Source of the DNA: Desulfobacterales bacterium
GTDB taxonomy: Bacteria > Desulfobacterota > Desulfobacteria > Desulfobacterales > UBA5616
Assembly (NCBI GenBank): GCA_046483495.1
Contig: JAWODC010000044.1
Location: forward strand, 64,001 to 128,000
Reading direction: 5' to 3'
DNA length: 64,000 nt
The notes under the pieces were generated by a model that did not search any database, was not told the DNA's origin, and saw only the letters and a list, made by a program, of their open reading frames with translations. The translations under genes and the position numbers were made by a program. This document shows, piece by piece, positions 1-7,253 of this stretch (positions are counted from its first letter, which is position 1; every line of letters starts with the position of its first letter).

Positions 1-258
1 AATGGTGATGCCGTCTTCCGGTTTGAAACGAAGCTCGCGGTTTTGCCCGCGGAACATGACGGCGCCGACTTGGCTTCGATCATCCTTCAATGTAAAATAG
101 TAGTGACCCGAGGCAGGAATTCTGAAGTTTGAAATCTCACCGATAACCCATATAAACGGAAAACGATCTTCGAGTATACGTTTTATCGCGGCGTTGAGTT
201 CCGAGACCGAAAATATGCGCCGCCCGGAAGACTCGGATTCGCTAAATGCATTCGTCAT
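1..258 (-). CDS. xseA: Exodeoxyribonuclease VII large subunit, N-terminal part (runs off the window edge)
   Basis: Manual translation from ATG at 258 gives MTNAFSESESSGRRIFSVSELNAAIKRILEDRFPFIWVIGEISNFRIPASGHYYFTLKDDRSQVGAVMFR, the typical XseA OB-fold motifs (SVSELN, GEISN, SGHxYFTLKD). Confidence 0.93.
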   Translation of the reverse strand, partial: MTNAFSESESSGRRIFSVSELNAAIKRILEDRFPFIWVIGEISNFRIPASGHYYFTLKDDRSQVGAVMFRGQNRELRFKPEDGITI

Positions 259-384
259 AGTCTTACGCTTTTGTCAGGTTACACCAGGATTTTTCATCTA
301 TCATAGAGATCTTTTGGGTTCAATCGATTTATCCCCCCGCATGCGGATTCTAAAACGTCTGATAATATATATTATGTAAACTTT

Positions 385-696
385 CTACCCTTGGTCATGT
401 TCAGACCTTTCACGCCGCCCTGCTTTGCGCCGAAACGAGGCGGGGCTCAATACATCCCGAACAGCAGGAACGATGTAAATATCTTCGGTCGGCATATCCC
501 CGAGGCAGTTCGCCAGAATATCGATCTTGCCGTGAATGCTTTCATGCTTGTCCATGATGAAAACGTTTTTCCCCTTGATTTTGCATAATCCGCTGCCGAC
601 ATGAATGCCGGTTTTCCGAAGATTCTGCTCCGAAACCGTTATGCCGAGCTTTTCAGCCAAATCCTTTAATTCCATATAGATCTGTTCCGGTTTCAT
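385..696 (-). CDS. Hypothetical protein (about 103 aa)
   Basis: ORF MKPEQIYMELKDLAEKLGITV...GSGLCKIKGK...IYIVPAVRD with a GGAG RBS before ATG 696; co-oriented with xseA. Confidence 0.7.
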   Translation of the reverse strand: MKPEQIYMELKDLAEKLGITVSEQNLRKTGIHVGSGLCKIKGKNVFIMDKHESIHGKIDILANCLGDMPTEDIYIVPAVRDVLSPASFRRKAGRRERSEHDQG

Positions 697-921
697 ACGG
701 CTCCACCTATCGTTTGATCTGTTTATCACATCGGAAGCAAACTGTACAACAGTCATTTAGACAGACAACACACCCTTCCAAGTACACTTCATATATAACG
801 GCTTTTTGCTTGAATTGCGGAATTTATGTGCTATATTGGCCGACAAATTATCGGTTTTTACTGACCGGATCAATAGTTGAATGAGTTGCCGTAAATATTA
901 AACCTATTGGAGGAGGTTTCA

Positions 922-1623
922 ATGGAGTCGCTTTCTGCTCGTCAATCACAGACGCAGGTATTGGTAAACAGCTTTATTCGAAGCGTCTACAACTGGATGG
1001 CGTTGGGATTGGGGCTTACCGCCCTCGTGGCTTTCTACGTTGCCAATACGGAGTCTCTGACCCGGATCATATACAGCAATCCCATCGTGCTGTTCGGATT
1101 GATAATCGCAGAGCTGGCGCTGGTATTTACGATCAGCGCGCGCGTTCAGCGAATGAAGGCGTCTACCGCCACCGGGCTGTTCATATTGTATGCAGCATTG
1201 AACGGCGCCACTCTGTCCTTCATTTTCCTGGTTTACACGGCGGCGTCGATCACCTCGACATTCGTCGTTTGTGCCGGAACATTTTTGGCGTGCAGCATTT
1301 ACGGCATGACGACGCAACGTGACCTGACATCCCTTGGCGGATTTCTCTTCATGGGGCTTATCGGGATTATCATTGCATCGGTCGTGAATATGTTTATTCG
1401 AAGTTCCGGCATGACCATGATCATCAGTTATATCGGTGTCTTTGTGTTTGTCGGTTTAACCGCCTATGATACGCAGAGGCTAAAAAATATGGCCCTGACC
1501 CAGCCTGAAGGCCTGGAAGCCGGCGTCATCAGAAAAGGCGCGATTTTAGGCGCTTTGAGCCTGTACCTGGATTTTATCAACCTCTTTTTAATGCTGCTGC
1601 GAATCCTGGGGAACAGAGAATAA
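922..1623 (+). CDS. Bax inhibitor-1/YccA family membrane protein
   Basis: GGAGG RBS; about 7 TM segments; motifs VYNWMALGL, LTAYDTQRLK, GALSLYLDFINLFL. Confidence 0.92.
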   Translation: MESLSARQSQTQVLVNSFIRSVYNWMALGLGLTALVAFYVANTESLTRIIYSNPIVLFGLIIAELALVFTISARVQRMKASTATGLFILYAALNGATLSFIFLVYTAASITSTFVVCAGTFLACSIYGMTTQRDLTSLGGFLFMGLIGIIIASVVNMFIRSSGMTMIISYIGVFVFVGLTAYDTQRLKNMALTQPEGLEAGVIRKGAILGALSLYLDFINLFLMLLRILGNRE

Positions 1624-1659
1624 CTTTTTTTCCATTCACGGCGTTTTTGCAGACGAATT

Positions 1660-1686
1660 AACCCGGTGCTCGGCACCGGGTTTTTT
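1660..1686 (+). terminator. Intrinsic terminator between convergent yccA-like and glmM genes
   Basis: AACCCGGTGC-TCG-GCACCGGGTT followed by a T-run. Confidence 0.85.
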
Positions 1687-1693
1687 GTTTTCG

Positions 1694-3049
1694 TTATCGG
1701 ATCCCCAACTTTTTTGTGATCACTTCGACGATTTCACCGGCATACGCTTCTATCTGCACTTTCGAGGGCCCCTCCACCATAACCCGGCACAGCGGCCGGG
1801 TTCCGGAATACCGCACGAGCACCCGCCCTGTGTCCCCGAGTTTTTTTTCAACGGAGCTGATTGCGGCTCGAATATCCGGATCCGCCGAAAGATCCGGCTT
1901 TCCCGTTACCTGCACATTGACCAGGACCTGCGGAAATACCGTCAAGAGCAGCGTCAGTTCAGACAACGGCTTAGTTTCATGGCGCATCGCCTCCAACAGC
2001 TTTAACGCCGTCAGAATGCCGTCTCCTGTGGTGTGATGGTCCAAAAAAACCATGTGACCGGAATCTTCACCTCCGATAATCGAGCCCTCGGCAATCATTT
2101 TTTCTACCACCTGCCGGTCTCCGACATCGGTCATCAGGTGCCGTATCCCCAATTCCTGCAGGGCGATGCCAAGCCCCACATTGCTCATCACCGTGGTCAC
2201 CGCCACGCTGTTTTTCAGCCTGTTTTTCACTTTCATCAGTTTGGCGCAAACGGCCAGAATAGCATCCCCGGACACTTTTTTCCCATGTTCATCCACTGCG
2301 ATAAGGCGATCACCGTCCCCGTCAAAAGCGAGCCCCACGTCAGCCCCCGATTCCAGAACTTTTTCGATCACGTGGTGCGGGTGCTGCGATCCGCAATCCG
2401 CGTTGATATTGCGGCCGTCCGGGCTTATAAACAACGGGATGACCGACGCCCCCAAGCGTTCGAACATTTTCGGTGCAACCCGATAGGTGGCGCCGTTTGA
2501 ACAGTCCATCACGATTTTCATGCCGGATAGCGAGAAATCGGCAGGTACAACGCTTCGCAAAAAATCAAGGTAATGGTCCTCGGCATTCGGCGGAATTGAA
2601 ACGGCTCCCATTTCTTCGTTCAGAGCGGATAAAATGTCATCGTATCGGTTTAACAGCAGGTCTTCGAAATCGGCTTCGGTTGTATCGGACAGTTTAAATC
2701 CCCGATGATTGAAGATCTTGATGCCGTTGTCGATAAACGGATTGTGGGAAGCGGAGATCATTATCCCGGCAGCGGCATTCGCAGCTGATGTGAAAAAGGC
2801 CACCGCCGGCGTCGGCATCACGCCCACATACTGGACATCCATCCCCATCGAACAGATTCCGGATATGAGGGCATAGGCGATCATTTCGCTGGAAATCCGG
2901 GTATCCTGACCAACAACAATGCTTTTTTTTTCATCTTGGGAACCGAACATGAAGGCGGCCGTTCTGCCTACTTTAAGGGCCGTTTCCGCCGTAATCGGAT
3001 ATTGATTCGCCCTCCCCCGTATTCCATCGGTACCGAATAGTTTTCCCAT
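1694..3049 (-). CDS. glmM: Phosphoglucosamine mutase
   Basis: LFGTDGIRG, ISASHNP (catalytic Ser), AFDGDGDR, GGEDSGH, RYSGT motifs. Confidence 0.95.
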   Translation of the reverse strand: MGKLFGTDGIRGRANQYPITAETALKVGRTAAFMFGSQDEKKSIVVGQDTRISSEMIAYALISGICSMGMDVQYVGVMPTPAVAFFTSAANAAAGIMISASHNPFIDNGIKIFNHRGFKLSDTTEADFEDLLLNRYDDILSALNEEMGAVSIPPNAEDHYLDFLRSVVPADFSLSGMKIVMDCSNGATYRVAPKMFERLGASVIPLFISPDGRNINADCGSQHPHHVIEKVLESGADVGLAFDGDGDRLIAVDEHGKKVSGDAILAVCAKLMKVKNRLKNSVAVTTVMSNVGLGIALQELGIRHLMTDVGDRQVVEKMIAEGSIIGGEDSGHMVFLDHHTTGDGILTALKLLEAMRHETKPLSELTLLLTVFPQVLVNVQVTGKPDLSADPDIRAAISSVEKKLGDTGRVLVRYSGTRPLCRVMVEGPSKVQIEAYAGEIVEVITKKLGIR

Positions 3050-4335
3050 TAAGTCGTTTTCTCCACCTTGACAGCGCCGCCGTCAGTCCCAAAGGAGGGA
3101 ATATGGCAAAGGATGCCGTTTATGTTCGACGTGACGATCGAATCGAGCCACTGTGATCCCAGTTCCGCACCATCCTTATCAAGCTCACGAATCACATCGA
3201 GATATCGGGGCCCTTTTCTGCGGATGGCGGAATCGAGTTTGGTTTCGAACGCCGCCTTTAATGACAATTCTCCGAGATTGCCGCCCTGCCGGATCATTTC
3301 CTCTTCCAATTCCGGCCACTTGGAAAATACTTCATATTTCTGATGAATGAGCCGCTCATTCGCGTTCCGGAATGCGGCCCGGTATCGATCGGCGGAATCG
3401 GGGAGTTTCATGCAAAACTGCTTGAACCGTTTGATGCGTTCGTCGATATTGATATCCAGCGTCCTGATGAGCCCCCGGTGGAGTTCCTCGTCGAACGAGG
3501 GTCCGATGAACCGCCGCCGTATGTGCTCGTACCACTGGAGCAGCGCATTTAGACTGGCGATGTAAACGATATTGTTGGTGACGATGCGTTTTATGTTGCG
3601 GTAAACGCCTTCGGGGGGGCGTGGTGTATTCCCTCCTTTTTGCGGTCCCCCGAAAATGAAGCGTCCGCTCCTCATTTCGTCTTTTCTGCAAATCGTTCCG
3701 GCGGCGATAACGGTTCCAAACGCCAGCCGGCAGGGACCGACAAGCCCCCCCTGCCCTCCGAGGAATATGGGCGGCTGATTCAGCATGACTCCGCGAGGAA
3801 CATCCCCCAACAAAGAGGGTGTGGCTTTGTCCTGATTGGGGGTATAATTGAAATGAATATAAGCGCTTCCCACTTCACTGTGATTCTTTCGGTCGGTACC
3901 GCCGGACATGAGACAGTCGCAAAAATTGATAAGGCTTCCGAGTGTAACGAACGGGAAAAGAATGGTCTGTTTCAGCCCCACGGTATGGGCGATGACGGCC
4001 TGTTCCTCCATGATGGTGCCTTCGCGCACATGGGCACCGGATCCTGCGGAAGACCCCTCCAGAAAACAGGATTTTTGAAAGAAACCGCCTTTCAGAGAAA
4101 CGCCGGATCCGATAAAACAGCTGTCAATGGTCACCGGAGCCTCGATTCCCAGGCTCACCCCGTTCGCTATTTGCGTTTGAGCGCCGAAAAGTTTACATCC
4201 GGAATGAATGGTGACGTTGTCACCCGAAATCCGATTCGGATCGATTTCTTCTCCGACTTCGACACTCTCCGGGTTCGGCATGTTTACGCCCCTGATGATC
4301 AGGAGCTCCTTTTTTGAAATTGCATGTGATGCCAT
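3049..4335 (-). CDS. GlmU-related left-handed beta-helix (acetyltransferase-like) protein lacking the uridyltransferase domain
   Basis: Hexapeptide-repeat region resembling the GlmU C-terminus (GAHVREGT, GLKQTIL, EVGSAYIHFNY); its stop overlaps the glmM start (TAATG). Confidence 0.75.
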   Translation of the reverse strand: MASHAISKKELLIIRGVNMPNPESVEVGEEIDPNRISGDNVTIHSGCKLFGAQTQIANGVSLGIEAPVTIDSCFIGSGVSLKGGFFQKSCFLEGSSAGSGAHVREGTIMEEQAVIAHTVGLKQTILFPFVTLGSLINFCDCLMSGGTDRKNHSEVGSAYIHFNYTPNQDKATPSLLGDVPRGVMLNQPPIFLGGQGGLVGPCRLAFGTVIAAGTICRKDEMRSGRFIFGGPQKGGNTPRPPEGVYRNIKRIVTNNIVYIASLNALLQWYEHIRRRFIGPSFDEELHRGLIRTLDINIDERIKRFKQFCMKLPDSADRYRAAFRNANERLIHQKYEVFSKWPELEEEMIRQGGNLGELSLKAAFETKLDSAIRRKGPRYLDVIRELDKDGAELGSQWLDSIVTSNINGILCHIPSFGTDGGAVKVEKTT

Positions 4336-4705
4336 ATGATTATCCGTACGAAAATGCTTATGATCCGGACTGCCGGGGTTTCAGAACGTCAAGGGATCAT
4401 AGCAAATATCGTCAAATCGGGCAAACAGATTTGTTCGATGAAGTGTCCATCCGGAGAGAAAATTCGATTCCATTCAAGGCGGCCGGGAAATATTAACCGC
4501 AGGAATACATTAAGTATCTTGAGGATTGAAATTTCCCGGCCGATGCCGAGATGGAGCCAATCAGCCGTTTCCGGATAAGCACTGAACAAATAAGCCGTAT
4601 TGATTTACAGGCTCAACTATATTAATTTAAAATATGTTTCTTTCCTAATCGGATAGCCGGACAGTGTTAATTTAAAATTATAAACCGTTTGGATCAGGAG
4701 GCGAT

Positions 4706-5152
4706 ATGGCCATCGAACACATCGTTTGTTGCACGGATTTTTCTGAAAACGCCCTGACCGCTTTTGACATGGCCCTTGAAATGGCGGAAAAGTACCGGGC
4801 TCGTCTGACCGTTCTTCACGTCGTGCCCGTCCCGACCAACCCGCTTATGGTCGAATCCGAATGGGTCTTTCCGGACCGTCCCAATGAGGCGATAACCCTG
4901 AAGATTCAAAAAAGAATGGAGGAAGATTACGCCGGCAGAATCCCCGCGCATATCACCCACAGCCTGGTTATCCGGGACGGACACGTGTCTTCCGAAATTT
5001 TGCAGTATTTACAGGAAAATCAAGTGGATTTGGTTGTGGTTGGATCCTATGGACTTACCGGAATGGAACTTGTCGTTTTCGGCAGTGTTGCCAAGCGGAT
5101 CGCCCATAAGGCGCCCTGCTCCGTGTTGGTCGCACGGCATTCGAGGCAATGA
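4706..5152 (+). CDS. Universal stress protein (UspA family)
   Basis: CCTDFSENA, LHVV, DLVVVGSYG...FGSVAKRIAHKAPCSVLV; AGGAGG RBS. Confidence 0.93.
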   Translation: MAIEHIVCCTDFSENALTAFDMALEMAEKYRARLTVLHVVPVPTNPLMVESEWVFPDRPNEAITLKIQKRMEEDYAGRIPAHITHSLVIRDGHVSSEILQYLQENQVDLVVVGSYGLTGMELVVFGSVAKRIAHKAPCSVLVARHSRQ

Positions 5153-5173
5153 CTTTTTGGGTCTTTGATTCGT

Positions 5174-5244
5174 TTTGGATCGTTTAGATCGTTGGGATCG
5201 TTGATGTTGGCTGAAAGCTAAAGGATCAAGGCTAAAAGACAAAG
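5174..5244. repeat. Short degenerate tandem repeats (3 x 9-mer, then 5 x 7-mer)
   Basis: TTTGGATCG-TTTAGATCG-TTGGGATCG (5174-5200); GCTGAAA-GCTAAAG-GATCAAG-GCTAAAA-GACAAAG (5210-5244). Confidence 0.7.
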
Positions 5245-5255
5245 CGGATCGGGTC

Positions 5256-5603
5256 TTTATTCCCCCCCCATCCCGGCCTTCCCCCTCCAGGGGTGAAGGG
5301 GAGTTGTTGCGCCGCGAGTCCACTGATCGTTATGCCTTAATTTTCAACAATTAAATAAAAGTGCCGTTCGCTTGCTCACGGTTTGTTTTTTGAACGAATG
5401 TGCTTCGTAAAACGCCGAATGGAGCGAATTAGCCATTTATGATTGGACACTTTGGCACTTAAACGAATTACCCATCATTTTCAAGCGGCGCGAAGCAGCC
5501 GCTTGAACGGACTGCTTAAAATACGGGAAGTGGAATTATTGACGATTGCCGCTACATCTCCCCTTCCCCACCGGAGGGGGAAGGCCGGGATGGGGGGGAT
5601 AAA
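5256..5603. repeat. Pair of about 46-48 bp inverted repeats (REP/MITE-like) flanking about 250 bp
   Basis: 5256-5303 TTTATTCCCCCCCCATCCCGGCCTTCCCCCTCCAGGGGTGAAGGGGAG matches the reverse complement of 5558-5603 with a few differences. Confidence 0.85.
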
Positions 5604-5731
5604 CAAGGGTCTGCATAAATTAAAGCGCAAGCAAACGCACGCGCCGCTTGACCCGTCATCGTAGACTTGGTATAGGCAACAGCTTCCATGGATTTTTTTC
5701 AAACGCGTACGAAAAGCAAAAGGATACGGAT

Positions 5732-5953
5732 GTGTCGGACAAGAAAAAGGAAACCGTTCTCATTCATGTGAATATCAAGGTGAGCGCCCAAGCGTTGTCC
5801 ACTATTGTCGATGTTTCCAAGAAAATGGCCGGCCGGGATGACAAGGGCCGCATTCAGGTGGATACGGCGGACGCGGTGTCCGCAATCATTTCGCGCTTTT
5901 TAGATGAACGTGATTTCGAGGAATACGTAAAAGACGTTCGAAATTACCGATGA
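5732..5953 (+). CDS. Small hypothetical protein (about 73 aa)
   Basis: AAGGA RBS then GTG at 5732; MSDKKKETVLIHVNIKVSAQALSTIV...VDTADAVSAIISRFLDERDFEEYV. Confidence 0.65.
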   Translation: MSDKKKETVLIHVNIKVSAQALSTIVDVSKKMAGRDDKGRIQVDTADAVSAIISRFLDERDFEEYVKDVRNYR

Positions 5954-6050
5954 CCCGGCGGCGAACTGTCGACCGTGCAACCACGAATCGAGCCTTGGCG
6001 GCCGCGGGGCTGATCGGGTGAAGCAAGCGCATCGCAGCTCCCTTCAAACG

Positions 6051-7253
6051 CTAAGGGACATAGGCCTTGTAGAAAACGGCATTCCCTGTGATGCCGTATC
6101 GGATTACACCGGCAGGTATCAGCACGGAATCACCCCCGGTGATCGGCATTCCTTCGTGCCCTTTCGTGGTGCGGATAACCGCCCTCCCCTTCGTACACAG
6201 CAGGATTTCCACATTCCTGTCACGCCCGCTCTCATAGGATGTTCGATCATCCACCTGGATGCACGCCAAAGAAAATTCCGCCGCCGGGCAATCATATACC
6301 GTCGCCGATGGGGTCACGCACCGTGGGACCAGGGGATAAACGGGACCGGAATCAAAGGTCAGTACCTGGATCAGCTCGTTCACATCGATGTGCTTGTTTG
6401 TCAGACCTCCCCGAAGCACATTATCCGAATTGGCCATTACCTCGATAGCGGTTCCTTGCAGGTAAGCGTGAAGCTCACCTGCCGGCAGGTACACGGCCTC
6501 ACCGGGCTGAAGGCACACCAGATTCAGGAAGATCGGGCTCAACACCCCCGCATCTTTCGGGTATTCCCTGTAAAGCCGCCGCATCCATTCCGAAACGGCC
6601 GTTTGGCCGGGATCGTCGGGTGTCCGGGCCACGGCATGTGCGACGAGCGTTTCTTTCCGAGATGCTTCGAGCGCCGTTACCCTTTCGAACATATATTTCA
6701 ACGCCTCCCGGCTTTCCCTCATCAAAAGAACATGTTTGACATCATCGAATTCGTCGGGGAAAAAGATATCGAAATTTTTGAGGATTTCCGGGACAGGCCG
6801 AAAGCCCTTTAAGGCCCGGAACGGCGTCAGCGCACAGAGGCATTCGGGCTTATGGTTGTTATCTTTGTAGTTTCGATGCACGGCATCGATGGGAATGCGG
6901 TGCCGATTCTCCCGCTTGAATCCCGTTTCGGCCTGCATACGGTTTGGATGGGCCTGGATTGACAACGGCTTTTCGGCGGCAAGGATTTTGAATAAAAAAG
7001 GCAGTGTTCGGCCGAACCGCTGCACGGCGGATGCCCCTAAGATCTCCTGGGGATAACGATCGATGAGATCCGGAAGTGACGCCCAATTTTTCCGCCACAA
7101 CACCATGGACGGGGCTTTTGGATGCGCCCCCATCCAGAGTTCAGCCTGAGGGACGTCTGAAGGCGCTTTTTTCCCCATGAGTTCGGGAATAGCCGTACGT
7201 GATCCCCAGGCATAGTCCATGATGCTGTTTTTCAGCCGACACACGGATATCAT
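6051..7253 (-). CDS. manA: Mannose-6-phosphate isomerase, class I
   Basis: YAWGS, AELWMGAHP, LPFLFKIL, LSIQAHP, NHKPE, HAYLQG, EVMANSDNVLRGGLT. Confidence 0.95.
   Translation of the reverse strand: MISVCRLKNSIMDYAWGSRTAIPELMGKKAPSDVPQAELWMGAHPKAPSMVLWRKNWASLPDLIDRYPQEILGASAVQRFGRTLPFLFKILAAEKPLSIQAHPNRMQAETGFKRENRHRIPIDAVHRNYKDNNHKPECLCALTPFRALKGFRPVPEILKNFDIFFPDEFDDVKHVLLMRESREALKYMFERVTALEASRKETLVAHAVARTPDDPGQTAVSEWMRRLYREYPKDAGVLSPIFLNLVCLQPGEAVYLPAGELHAYLQGTAIEVMANSDNVLRGGLTNKHIDVNELIQVLTFDSGPVYPLVPRCVTPSATVYDCPAAEFSLACIQVDDRTSYESGRDRNVEILLCTKGRAVIRTTKGHEGMPITGGDSVLIPAGVIRYGITGNAVFYKAYVP

Noticed and set aside
5150..5650. CRISPR array or integron attC cassette array
   Set aside because: Only two long repeats, in inverted orientation; no repeat-spacer periodicity, cas genes, integrase or convincing RYYYAAC/GTTRRRY pairs.
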